From the NCBI GenBank assembly GCA_041402125.1, contig JAWKSY010000002.1, forward strand, positions 304,150 to 368,149: DNA of 64,000 nucleotides. Reading direction: 5' to 3'. This DNA is from Planctomycetota bacterium (GTDB lineage Bacteria; Planctomycetota; GCA-002687715; DRQF01). Made by a program: the position numbers and the translations under genes. How positions within the stretch are numbered: the first letter of the stretch is position 1; every line of letters starts with the position of its first letter. Positions 9,968 to 19,451 of this stretch are shown piece by piece. The notes below the pieces were generated by a model. That model saw nothing but the letters and a program-made list of their open reading frames with translations. It was not told the origin of the DNA and made no database searches.

Positions 9968-10043
9968 ACACGCCCTGAACGCTTCCGGGCGGCGGTGGGG
10001 CATCCCCGCCCGCCGTCGTCCGGCCGCCCGTGCGCGGCGTCAC

Positions 10044-10078
10044 GGGGCGCCCCTCTGAGCGGGTCAGAGGGGCGCTCC
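10044..10078. other. stable hairpin next to DR2 (possible att-associated or regulatory element)
   Basis: ggggcgcccctctgagcgggtcagaggggcgctcc. The stem is 12 bp with a 5-nt loop, and no U-tract follows. Confidence 0.3.
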
Positions 10079-10427
10079 GCGGCGATCTTCCGCCTCCCGG
10101 CCCCCGGCGGGAGGGGGAGGGGACAGGGGTCCGGAAGGGCGTCCCCCGGCCCGAAAGCCGGGGCGGATTTCCCGCTGCCCTATCCTTCCAGGGCCGAAAA
10201 ACGTCTACACTGCCGGCGGACGGAACGTCCGAGCCGGGATCCTGCGGGATCGCGGCTGCGCTGATCGCCGAATCTGGCGATCGAGAAGGAAGGAAGGGCA
10301 ACCCGAGATTCCCTCTCGAGCCCCGGCATCGAGCGCAAACCTGGGGGGCCGGTCGGTCCGGCCTCAGGTTCGCTCCGGTTCCGGTTCGCGGTGCGTCCGC
10401 GGACGGGGCCTTTTGATCGTGAAAGAC

Positions 10428-10886
10428 ATGTCCGAAAAGAAGCTCTACGTAGGCAACATCACCTTCTCCACCACCGAAACCGATCTCGAGAACGCGTTCT
10501 CCGCGCACGGCCAGGTCGTGTCCGCGCGCGTCATCACCGATCGCGAAACCGGCCGCTCGCGCGGCTTCGGCTTCGTCGAGATGTCGACCCCTGAAGAGGC
10601 CCAGGCCGCGGTGGATGCCCTCGACGGCACCGACCTCGGCGGCCGCAACATCCGCGTGAACATCGCCGAGTCCCGCGATCGCGGCGGCGACCGTGGCGGC
10701 CGTGGCGGCGGCTACGGCGGTGGCGGTGGCGGCTACGGCGGCGGCGGTCGCGGCGGTGACCGCGGCGGCTACGGCGGCGGCGGTGGTGGCTACGGCGGCG
10801 GCCGCGGCGGCGATCGCGGCGGTGACCGCGGCGGCTACGGCGGCGGTCGTGGCGGAGACCGGGACCGCGGCGGCGACCGCTGGTGA
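10428..10886 (+). CDS. RRM-type RNA-binding protein with glycine-rich (RGG/YGG) C-terminal tail
   Basis: RNP-2 LYVGNI and RNP-1 RGFGFVEM. C-terminal tail of GGYGGGGRGGDRGG repeats. Long 5' leader. Confidence 0.85.
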   Translation: MSEKKLYVGNITFSTTETDLENAFSAHGQVVSARVITDRETGRSRGFGFVEMSTPEEAQAAVDALDGTDLGGRNIRVNIAESRDRGGDRGGRGGGYGGGGGGYGGGGRGGDRGGYGGGGGGYGGGRGGDRGGDRGGYGGGRGGDRDRGGDRW

Positions 10887-11231
10887 TCCTACCGGTCCTC
10901 CGCGACCACTGAACACGCGCGCCGCCGAGGGATCCTCGGCGGCGCGTCTCGTTTCGGGGCCTCGCGCATCCGCGAGTCGCCCGGCGACGAAGGCCTCGAG
11001 TGCCGACGCACGTCCGTCCTTCGAGCCCCGGAGACCGAACCATGCGGCACCCCGAGAAGGGCGGCGCCGTCCGGCTCCACACCGGGGGCCGGGTCGGATG
11101 CCGTGCGATGATCCGGCGCGACGGCCGGACGGGCCTCACCCTGATCTCCACGATCAACCGCGACGTCCGGGACGGGTCCCGGCTCGGGCGGCTCGACGCT
11201 CTCCTCGCGCCGCTCGCGTCCCCGGGGGGGC

Positions 11232-12284
11232 TCAGCGCGCGTTGATCGCCGCGAGGGCCTCCAGGTAGGCGCTCCGCAGCCTCTTCGTGGCGTCGACCGA
11301 GCGTCCGCCCTCCCACACCGTCGAGTACCCCGGCAGCTCCGCCAGGAGGCGAGCGAGGGCGGGGAAGTGCTTCCGGTCCGCGGTGCGCCCCAGTCGCGGG
11401 AGGGCCCAGAGAGCGAACTCGGGATCGACGCGTCGGTCGTCCTTCGCGCCAAGAAAGGCGATCACCGGTCCTTCGGCGCCCGCGAGACACTTCTCGTCGA
11501 GCGCGGTCGGATCGACGAAGCGGGCGGCTTCGAGATCCCAGACCCGCAGGCGGCGATCGCGCCATTCGGGATCGACCTCGTCGTACTTGTAATCGGAGCG
11601 GAAGCCCTCGTTCACCCAGACGAGCCGCTTCTTCACGTGAAGGACCGGGCCGTCGACCATCGCGCAGCGTCCGTCGCGTTGATCCGCGGGGTTCTCGACC
11701 TCGAGGATGCGGTGGTAGGGGCCGATCTCCGCGCGAGCGAGGTCGACCTTCAACCAGGCGATCTGCGCGCGGCCAATGCCGGCGGACCGCGTGACGAGGA
11801 CGAGGTCTTCGAGGAAGTGGACCCGGCCCCCCGCATTCACGCTGAGGTCGGTGTAGCCGTGCGGTTCGACGTCGGTCGCGAAGCCGGGCAGGGGGTAGGG
11901 GAGCACGCGCCCGTCGGGGAGGATGAAGCGCGTCGAGTCACCCACCGGATCGAGAAAGACCAGGCCGTCCTCGCGGAGGAAGGCGTGGACGCGGCCCGTC
12001 GTCGCCTCCTCCCACAGCACCTTCGCCTCCTCCTCGCCCTCGCGGCGACGCAGGACGCGATAGCCGTGGCGCGGAGCGTGGGCGCCCGGTCGGGACGTCC
12101 GCACCTGGTCGATCACGAGCTGCCAGTCGCCTCGACGGACGTCGAGGACGACCCGCCGATCCGGCTCGGCGCCGGGGGCCGAGGGGACGGGCGGAGACGT
12201 GAGCTGCGAGAACGACGGAGTCGCGGCGGCGGCGGCGAGAAGCGTCGCGCCGAGGGCGCGCGCGAGGAGGCCGGAGACGGACAT
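11232..12284 (-). CDS. hypothetical secreted protein
   Basis: Signal peptide MSVSGLLARALGATLLAAAAA with protein-like composition. No recognisable family. Confidence 0.65.
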   Translation of the reverse strand: MSVSGLLARALGATLLAAAAATPSFSQLTSPPVPSAPGAEPDRRVVLDVRRGDWQLVIDQVRTSRPGAHAPRHGYRVLRRREGEEEAKVLWEEATTGRVHAFLREDGLVFLDPVGDSTRFILPDGRVLPYPLPGFATDVEPHGYTDLSVNAGGRVHFLEDLVLVTRSAGIGRAQIAWLKVDLARAEIGPYHRILEVENPADQRDGRCAMVDGPVLHVKKRLVWVNEGFRSDYKYDEVDPEWRDRRLRVWDLEAARFVDPTALDEKCLAGAEGPVIAFLGAKDDRRVDPEFALWALPRLGRTADRKHFPALARLLAELPGYSTVWEGGRSVDATKRLRSAYLEALAAINAR

Positions 12285-12451
12285 GGAGACTCCTCCCGGT
12301 GAACATCCGCCGGGGCGATCCTACCAGAGCGGGGTCCGGGACGTCGGGGAATCGACGCGGGCCCGGAGCCGCGGTTAGGCTGGTCGGCCGGCCGAGGTCC
12401 CCGTCGCGGGGGCGCGCCGATCCTCTCCCGGGACGACCGGAGGAACGACCG

Positions 12452-14125
12452 ATGCCGAGGACTCCTCTCGCCCTGATCGCGGTCGCTCTCGCGGCCGCGG
12501 GACTTTCCGCCCAGCAGTTCACCGAGCGGAAGGACCTGCTCCCCGGTCCCGTCGTCTGGACCGAAGGCGTCATCCCTCTCGACGCGAACGAGGACGGTCT
12601 CCTCGACATCCTCTTCACGAACTGCAACGGCTGGCGGAAGCCCGGCGACATGGCCGCGCCCAGCGCCGACCCGCTGCGGCCGACGCTCCTCGTGCAGGTC
12701 CGCGACGCGAAGGGCGCGCTCGGCTTCGAGGACCGCACCGACGCCCTCCTGCCGGCCGACTTCCTCGTCCACGCGAAGAACGCGGCCGTCTTCGACGCCG
12801 ACGGCGACGGTCACGAGGACATCGCCTGGGCGGTCGCCTTCGGAGCCCGGCAGCGCCTCCTCCGCAAGGATCCGGAGTCGGGGCGATTCGTCGACGCCTC
12901 CGACCGCCTGCCCGAGCTCGTCATCAACGCGAACCAGGTCGACTACGGCGACTTCGACGGCGACGGCGATCTCGATCTCGTGTGGGTGGACTCCGGTCCC
13001 AACTCCGACATGGAGCCCGGCGGCAAGGCCCGCCTCTGCCTGAACGACGGCAAGGGGCGCTTCACCGAGGCGGCCGATCGGCTCGGCGCGGTCGAGAAGG
13101 TCGGCGCGCAGAACCCCAAGATCGTCGACATCGACGGCGACCTCGACCTCGACATCGTCGTCGACGGGAAGTCGGACGTGACGCAGGTCTACCTCAACGA
13201 CGGTCGGGGGCAGTTCAAGCTCGATCTCGACCTGATCCCCCGGCCGGAGGTCACCGTCGTCGAGACGCGGCGCGGCGAACGGAGGATCTCGGGCAAGCCC
13301 TACGAGATCGAGTGGGGCGATCTCGACGGGGACGGCGATCTCGACGCCGTCTTCATGAACTACTTCGGCGAGGGCCGTCAGCGCTATTCGAATGCGGTCC
13401 TCGCGAACCGTCTCGTCGAGAATGGTCGCCTGTCCTTCGAGGTGATCCGCGACGCCTTCGCGGGGCGGAACGCCGAGGACGAGAACGACTTCGCGCTGCT
13501 CGACGCGGACGGCGACGGCGATCTCGACGTGATCTGCGCCGTCCTCGTCTCCGGCACCTGCGAGGAGAAGCTGTTCCTGAACTCGGGCCGGATCGGACCC
13601 GGCTTCCTCGTGGAGAAGACCGGCGCCTTCACGCCCTTCGTCGACGGGACGCTCGACCTCGCGCTCGGCGATTTCGACGGCGACGGTCGATGCGACGTGA
13701 TCACCGCCCAGGGCGAGAGCAACCGCCACGAGAGCTTCCGGAACCGCTACTACGCGAACACGGGCCCGAAGGACGAGCGGGCGCCCGTCGTCGTGCGCCA
13801 GACCCCGCCGGCGAAGCTGACGGCGGCGGCCTTCGCGCGCGACGGACATCTGGTCCGCGTGCAGCTCCGCGATGGCGCCGTCGACGACAACGTCGCGCGA
13901 TGCCGGGCCGAGCTCCTGCTCCGGGTCGGCGACGCGCCGGCCGCGGAGGCGCGCGTGCTGCCGATGACGCACGCCGGCGGCGAGATCCACCAGCTCCGTC
14001 TCCGCCCGCCGACCGCCGGATTCACCGGTACCCTCCGTTACCGGCTCCGGGTCCGGGACCGGGCCGGCAACCGCTCGGAGACGGAGGAGGTCGTCGTCGA
14101 GATCCGGGCCGAGGAGAAGAAGTGA
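12452..14125 (+). CDS. FG-GAP/VCBS-repeat protein, secreted
   Basis: Start MPRTPLALIAVALAAAGLSAQ with a GGAGGA RBS. Repeated DxDGDGDLD motifs (FDADGDGHEDI, DFDGDGDLD, DLDGDGDLD, DADGDGDLD, DFDGDGRCD). Confidence 0.8.
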   Translation: MPRTPLALIAVALAAAGLSAQQFTERKDLLPGPVVWTEGVIPLDANEDGLLDILFTNCNGWRKPGDMAAPSADPLRPTLLVQVRDAKGALGFEDRTDALLPADFLVHAKNAAVFDADGDGHEDIAWAVAFGARQRLLRKDPESGRFVDASDRLPELVINANQVDYGDFDGDGDLDLVWVDSGPNSDMEPGGKARLCLNDGKGRFTEAADRLGAVEKVGAQNPKIVDIDGDLDLDIVVDGKSDVTQVYLNDGRGQFKLDLDLIPRPEVTVVETRRGERRISGKPYEIEWGDLDGDGDLDAVFMNYFGEGRQRYSNAVLANRLVENGRLSFEVIRDAFAGRNAEDENDFALLDADGDGDLDVICAVLVSGTCEEKLFLNSGRIGPGFLVEKTGAFTPFVDGTLDLALGDFDGDGRCDVITAQGESNRHESFRNRYYANTGPKDERAPVVVRQTPPAKLTAAAFARDGHLVRVQLRDGAVDDNVARCRAELLLRVGDAPAAEARVLPMTHAGGEIHQLRLRPPTAGFTGTLRYRLRVRDRAGNRSETEEVVVEIRAEEKK

Positions 14126-14131
14126 CCGGGG

Positions 14132-15160
14132 TCAGCGCCGACGGCTGCGCCGCGGCTGCCAGGCGAGACCGAGGCTCACGATCCTCTGGATGAGCGAGGA
14201 GTAGTCGTAGCCGGCGCGCTGGGCCGATTCGGCGAACTCCTCGCCCCAGGCGAGCTGAGGGTTGGGATTGGCCTCGAGGACGCGCGGGCTCCCGTCGGCC
14301 GAGAGGCGGATGTCGATGCGGGCGTAGCCGTTCATGTCCAGGACGCGGTAGGTCCGCTTGGCGATGTCCTGGATCCGCCGCGCGAGCACCGGATCGAGGT
14401 CGTCGGCGGCCGCGTTCGTGATGCCGCGAGCCTCCTGGTAATCCACGTCGAACTTCACCTTGGCGGTGGCGATGCGCGGCGCCCGCTCCGGGAGGTTGCC
14501 GAAGAGGAGCTCCCAGACGGGGAGGACCTGCAGCCGGTAGTTGCCGAGGACGCCCACGTAGAGCTCGCGTCCCTCGATGTAGCTCTCCGCGATCGCGTCG
14601 GTCCCGACCCGCTCGTGCACGAAGACGACGCGCTCGCGGAGCGCCTCGTCGTCGTAGACGACCGAGGTCTGGGCGATGCCGGCGGAGGCCTGCTCGACCA
14701 GCGACTTCACGATGAGCGGGTACTCGAGCCGCGAGGGGCGCGTCACCTTCCGGCCGCGACGGAAGACCGCGAATCCCGGCACCGGGATCCGGTGGTAGGT
14801 GAGGATCTTCTTCGAGAGCGCCTTGTCGCGGGCGAGGATCAGCCCGCGCGGGTTGCAGCCGGAGTAGGGGACTCCGAGCAGCTCCAGGTAGCTCACGACG
14901 TTCTGGTCGAAGAAGATCTCGCCGTCGAAGTCGTCGAGGAGATTGAAGGCGAGGTGCGGCTGGAACTCGTCGATGGCGTCGCGGATCGGGCCGAGCTCGC
15001 CGCCCACCCCGAGCACCCGGACCTCGTGGCCGAGCTTCCGCAGGTGGGAGATGACATCGTAGTCCATCTTCCAGATCTGACGGTCGATGTCGATGCCCTC
15101 GACGTCGTCCGGCGGGACCATCTCGGTCTTGGTGATGGCGAGGATGCGTCGTGGTCTCAT
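14132..15160 (-). CDS. ATP-grasp enzyme, D-Ala-D-Ala ligase-like
   Basis: Ddl-like ATP-grasp core (KSLVEQASAGI..., RIDIRL..., LEANPNP). Its start overlaps the upstream gene's stop (ATGA at 15157-15160). Confidence 0.8.
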   Translation of the reverse strand: MRPRRILAITKTEMVPPDDVEGIDIDRQIWKMDYDVISHLRKLGHEVRVLGVGGELGPIRDAIDEFQPHLAFNLLDDFDGEIFFDQNVVSYLELLGVPYSGCNPRGLILARDKALSKKILTYHRIPVPGFAVFRRGRKVTRPSRLEYPLIVKSLVEQASAGIAQTSVVYDDEALRERVVFVHERVGTDAIAESYIEGRELYVGVLGNYRLQVLPVWELLFGNLPERAPRIATAKVKFDVDYQEARGITNAAADDLDPVLARRIQDIAKRTYRVLDMNGYARIDIRLSADGSPRVLEANPNPQLAWGEEFAESAQRAGYDYSSLIQRIVSLGLAWQPRRSRRR

Positions 15161-16200
15161 AGCGTCACTCGATGGCGGCCGCTCAGCACGAAGTTCATGG
15201 TCTGGACCGTCAGCAACACGGTCAGCTCGGCGCGAAGATCCTCCTCGGCTCCGCTCGCCCTCAGGCCGAGCTCTCGGCAGCGGGCGATCATGTCGTCGAC
15301 CACCAGGCGGATCGTGTAGCGATAGGTCCCGGTGCCGCGGGCCACCAGCTTCGTCAGGTCCCGGCGGTGCGATCGGATGAAGGACGCCGCCGTCGAGAGG
15401 CTACGGTCCCCCGGCTCCCCGGTGAAGAGCCGCCGGAGATCGCGATCGAAGAATGAGGGATAATCGACGGCGTAGCGCTCGCGCTTCTGCTCGTAGTACT
15501 CCCCGAGCGTCATCCCGTTCCGAGAGATGCAGTCGACCTTGCGCCGCGTCGCGACGGGCGGCTTCGTTCCCGCGATCTCGCCCATGAGCTCGTCCAGGTA
15601 CTCGAGCTTCCGCAGCGCCTTCCATCCCGCGTAGCGCCTTCGCCAGGGGAACTTCGGGGTGAACCAGACCGCGAAGGTCTCCGCGAAGTCCTCGTCGGGG
15701 TGGCTCTGCGCGTACCACTGGTCGAGGTGCCGGACGAAGCTCTTCGAGTAGGGCTTCGGGAGATAGGTCTCGGGGTAGGGTGTCGTCGCCGAGCCGAAGA
15801 GCTTCTGCCGGCGTCGACGTCGGCGGAGCTGCCAGGCATTGTCGACGACGTGGCCGATCTCGTGGCGGAGGATCCGCATGCACCAGTCGTGGGTGCCGCC
15901 CTCCACCTCGAGCATCTGGCTCTTCTCGAGCCGGGCGAGGCGGGGGTGGGCGAGGAAGAAGGGGATCGCGACCCCCGTCACGCCCATCGGCGTGAACCAC
16001 TCGTCCGAGAGCCAGAAGGTCGGCGTGAGGCGGATGTCGCAGCGGTCGAGATCTGCCTGGATCCTCTCCACGCGACCCTCGAGCGCCGTCCCCTCGATGC
16101 GGAGATCCAGGTCGCGCAGGGGCACCTGCAGGAGCTTCTCGTCCGACCAACCCGTCCAGGCCGGCGGTCGGGGGCGTCGTCCCGTCTTCCGCGTGCTCAT
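15157..16200 (-). CDS. putative zinc metallopeptidase (HExxH)
   Basis: HEIGH motif. The start is ambiguous: MSTRKTG at 16200 or MGSES at 16233. The track ORF extends further into Arg-rich junk. Forms an operon with the ATP-grasp gene. Confidence 0.7.
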   Translation of the reverse strand: MSTRKTGRRPRPPAWTGWSDEKLLQVPLRDLDLRIEGTALEGRVERIQADLDRCDIRLTPTFWLSDEWFTPMGVTGVAIPFFLAHPRLARLEKSQMLEVEGGTHDWCMRILRHEIGHVVDNAWQLRRRRRRQKLFGSATTPYPETYLPKPYSKSFVRHLDQWYAQSHPDEDFAETFAVWFTPKFPWRRRYAGWKALRKLEYLDELMGEIAGTKPPVATRRKVDCISRNGMTLGEYYEQKRERYAVDYPSFFDRDLRRLFTGEPGDRSLSTAASFIRSHRRDLTKLVARGTGTYRYTIRLVVDDMIARCRELGLRASGAEEDLRAELTVLLTVQTMNFVLSGRHRVTL

Positions 16201-16297
16201 CGCCCCGATCTTGCCACAGGACTCCGACCCCATCCCCTGGTGCCGCCGCGTCGCCGCCCTACAATGACGCCCCCCCGCGCATCCTGCGAGACCCGCC

Positions 16298-17161
16298 GTG
16301 TCCCGTTTGCTGCTCCTCCTCGCACGGCGCGCCCCGTGGCGCGCCCTGCGCCGGACTGCCTTCCGGAAGTACTGCCGCCGCAATGCGGGGCTCGCGCTCG
16401 TCGCCCGGTGTCGCGGCGGGATCCGGCTCGCGGTCGAGATCGGCGACTCGGTCGACGACCAACTCGCGGTCTACGGCGTCTACGAGCCGGGGACGACGGA
16501 GGTCCTGCGACGTCTCGCCGTCGACGCGGGGGCCTTCGTCGACGTCGGCTGCAACCTCGGCTACTATGGCTGTCTGGTGGGCGCCGAGAACCCCGCGCTG
16601 CCCGTGGTCGCGATCGACGCGAATCCCGCGATGGTCGAGCGGGCCGAGGACAACATGCGGCGCAACGAGGTCGACGGGGCCGAGGTCCTCCACTGCGGGG
16701 TGGGGGCGGAGGAGGGCCGGCTCGAGCTGAGCGTGCCGCGCGACCGACACAGCCTGTCCTCGTTCGCCTACGTTCCGAAGAAGGGCGGCCCGTCGGAGAC
16801 GATCACGGTGCCCGTTCGTCCCCTCGGACCGATCCTCTCCGAGCGGGCGCTCGCCTCCTGTCTGCTCAAGATCGACGCCGAGGGCTTCGAGTACGAGGTC
16901 TTCCGGGGACTCGGCGCCGGGGGCGTCGACCGTGTCGAGCGGATCGTCTGCGAGATCTCCGTCCCCAACCTCGGCCGGGCGGGGCGCGAGCTGGCCGAGC
17001 TCTTCGCATTGCCGGTCTTCGAGGAGTTCCGCCCCTTCCGGATCCGCGAGACGGTCCGGGACCCCCTGCGGGAGACGAGCTACGCGGAACTCGCGGACGA
17101 TCCCTCCCAGCACGGGAACGTGCTGCTCGTCCGGCGCGACGCCGCGGCACCTCTCCTCTGA
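16298..17161 (+). CDS. FkbM-family methyltransferase
   Basis: Motifs DVGCNLGYY, ANP.MV, LKIDAEGFEYEVFRG typical of the FkbM methyltransferase domain. GTG start. Confidence 0.8.
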   Translation: MSRLLLLLARRAPWRALRRTAFRKYCRRNAGLALVARCRGGIRLAVEIGDSVDDQLAVYGVYEPGTTEVLRRLAVDAGAFVDVGCNLGYYGCLVGAENPALPVVAIDANPAMVERAEDNMRRNEVDGAEVLHCGVGAEEGRLELSVPRDRHSLSSFAYVPKKGGPSETITVPVRPLGPILSERALASCLLKIDAEGFEYEVFRGLGAGGVDRVERIVCEISVPNLGRAGRELAELFALPVFEEFRPFRIRETVRDPLRETSYAELADDPSQHGNVLLVRRDAAAPLL

Positions 17162-17180
17162 GGAACTCGGCGCGAGGCCG

Positions 17181-17972
17181 TCAGCGGCCCTCGAGGATCT
17201 CGCGGATGCGCGCGTCCTCGTCGGCGACGGGGGCGCTCGGCGCGACGAGATCCTCGAGCCCGACGAGCTCGCCGGGGGCGGCCGACGCGCCCTCGCGGAG
17301 CACGCCCTGCATGGCCGTGAAACGCTCGGTCGCCTTCGCGTCGAGGCGTCCGAGCCGCGCGACCTCGCGCTCGGTCGGGAGTGTCGCGAGCTGTCGCTCG
17401 CAGCGGTCGTCGAGATCCTCGAGGCGCGACACCGCGTCCTCCAGGCCCGCGAGCGCGCCGGTCACCGCCTCCCTCATCGTGCGCTCCGACCGCAGCTCGC
17501 GATCGAGGGCGACGAGCTGGCGCCGCAGGAAGTCCCGGTCGCGCGGGGTCTCCCGCCAGGTCGCGGGGTAGCCGCCGGCCTCCGCCGCGCGGTAGACCTC
17601 GCGCAGCTCGTCGAGCGCCGCCTCCCCGGCCGTGATCTTCCGTTCGGCCTCCTTCCGCCGGGCCTCGAGGCGGCCGCGCTCGGTGGCGAGCCGCGCCCGG
17701 CTCGCGGCGAGGGTCGCCCGGGTCTCGCCGGTCTTCCGCTCGACGTAGTCGAGGTAGCGAACGGGATCCTCGGCGATCGCGGCGGCGTTCCAGGATTCGA
17801 GCCGGTCGATCCCCTTCTCGACCTCGTGCGCGAAGCGCTCGCGCGCGACCCAGCTCACGACGGCGACGAGCGCGAACAGGATGACGATCACGAGGAGGAG
17901 GTTCGAGCCGCCGGCGTCACGGCGGCGCGACGGCGAGGCGGACGGACGGGGGCGAGGCGAGGTCCGGATCAT
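17181..17972 (-). CDS. membrane-anchored coiled-coil protein
   Basis: Start MIRTSPRPRP, then TM helix LLLVIVILFALVAVVSWV, then a long Arg/Glu/Ala/Leu coiled-coil region. The part of the track ORF upstream of MIRT is junk. Confidence 0.6.
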   Translation of the reverse strand: MIRTSPRPRPSASPSRRRDAGGSNLLLVIVILFALVAVVSWVARERFAHEVEKGIDRLESWNAAAIAEDPVRYLDYVERKTGETRATLAASRARLATERGRLEARRKEAERKITAGEAALDELREVYRAAEAGGYPATWRETPRDRDFLRRQLVALDRELRSERTMREAVTGALAGLEDAVSRLEDLDDRCERQLATLPTEREVARLGRLDAKATERFTAMQGVLREGASAAPGELVGLEDLVAPSAPVADEDARIREILEGR

Positions 17973-17989
17973 GGGGGGTGCGCTCCCGG

Positions 17990-19441
17990 TCAGGCCGTGA
18001 GGCCGCGGATCGGCTCCGCGCCCTCGACTCCGACGAGCTTCTGGTCCAGCCCGCCGTGGAAGAAGGAGAGTCGGTTCGGATCCACGCCGAGCTGACCGAG
18101 GATCGTCGCGTGGAGGTTCTTCACCTCGTAGGGATCGGTGACGGCGCGGTTGCCGAGCTCGTCGGTCTCCCCGACGGACACGCCGCCGCGGATGCCGCCG
18201 CCGGCGAGCCAGACCGTGAATCCGTAGGCGTTGTGGTCGCGCCCCGTTCCCTTCTCGTACTCGGCCGTCGGCTGGCGCCCGAACTCGCCGCCCCAGACGA
18301 TCAGGGTCTCGTCGAGGAGACCGCGGCGCTTCAGGTCGGTCAGGAGCCCCGCGATCGGGACGTCGGTCTCGCCGGCGTGCAGCTCGTGGTTGAAGACGAG
18401 GTCGTCGTGCGCGTCCCAGTTCGAATCGTTGTGGTGCCCGCCGGAGTAGATCTGCACGAAGCGGACGCCGCGCTCGACGAGGCGACGCGCGAGCAGGCAC
18501 TGACGCCCGAAGGTGCGCGTGCGCTCCTGGTCCATGCCGTAGAGGCGCCTCGTCTCGTCCGTCTCTGACGCGAGATCCACCGCCTCGGGCGCCGAGGACT
18601 GCATGCGGTAGGCGAGCTCGTAGCTCTCGATGCGGGACGCGAGCCGCGCGTCGCCTCCGCTTCGCTCGAGGTGCGCGCGGTTGAGGTCGCCGAGCGCGTC
18701 GAGGAATCGACGCTGGCGACCGCCGCGCAGGAGCTCGCCGGGAGCGAGGTCGAGGATCGGATCGCCCTGCGAGCGCATGACCGTCGCCTGGTAGCTCGCG
18801 GGCATGTAGCCGCTCGACCAGTTCTTCGGGCCGCTGATCGGGCCGCCGCGCGGATCGAGCATGACGACGAAACCGGGAAGATCGTCGTTCACCGAACCGA
18901 GCCCGTAGTTGACCCAGGAGCCGAGGCAGGGGCTGCCGGAGAGGATCTTCCCCGTGTTCATCTGCAGCATGGCCGACCCGTGGATCGGAGACTCCGCCGT
19001 CATCGAGTGGACGAAGGCCATGTCGTCGACGTGATCGCCGAGGCGCGGGAAGAGGTCGGAGACGAGCTTCCCGCAGCGGCCGCGGGGGCGAAACGCCCAG
19101 CGCGGCTCGACGATCCGGCCGACGTTCTTCTTCCCGCCGCGACCGAAGGTGTCGATCTTGATCGTCTGGTTGTCCCGACCCGTGAGCGCGGGCTTGTGGT
19201 CGAAGGTGTCGACGTGCGAGGGGCCGCCGTACATGTAGAGGAAGATGACCGCCTTCGCGCGCGCCGGTCGGTGCGGCGGCAGCGGATCACCGGGCATCGC
19301 GGCGCGCGCCGTCGCGCCGAAGAAGCCGTCTCCGTCGAGGAGCCCGGCCAGCGCGGTGCCGACGAAGCCGGTGCCCATCTGCCACAGGAACTCCCGCCGG
19401 CGGCGGTGGGGGAGGGGGTGGTCGTCGCGGGACGCGGTCAT
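17990..19441 (-). CDS. DUF1501 family protein (sulfatase-like, Tat signal)
   Basis: Twin-arginine motif RRREFLWQMGTGFVG. Conserved DUF1501 body. Lies 10 nt downstream of the DUF1553 gene. Confidence 0.85.
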   Translation of the reverse strand: MTASRDDHPLPHRRRREFLWQMGTGFVGTALAGLLDGDGFFGATARAAMPGDPLPPHRPARAKAVIFLYMYGGPSHVDTFDHKPALTGRDNQTIKIDTFGRGGKKNVGRIVEPRWAFRPRGRCGKLVSDLFPRLGDHVDDMAFVHSMTAESPIHGSAMLQMNTGKILSGSPCLGSWVNYGLGSVNDDLPGFVVMLDPRGGPISGPKNWSSGYMPASYQATVMRSQGDPILDLAPGELLRGGRQRRFLDALGDLNRAHLERSGGDARLASRIESYELAYRMQSSAPEAVDLASETDETRRLYGMDQERTRTFGRQCLLARRLVERGVRFVQIYSGGHHNDSNWDAHDDLVFNHELHAGETDVPIAGLLTDLKRRGLLDETLIVWGGEFGRQPTAEYEKGTGRDHNAYGFTVWLAGGGIRGGVSVGETDELGNRAVTDPYEVKNLHATILGQLGVDPNRLSFFHGGLDQKLVGVEGAEPIRGLTA

Positions 19442-19451
19442 CGGGTCGGTC

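Noticed and set aside
9966-11565. Minus-strand ORFs (9966-10916, 10534-11565) across the RRM gene region
   Set aside because: Antisense to the RRM gene and its leader. Poly-Ala/Arg composition produced by the GGC-repeat DNA.
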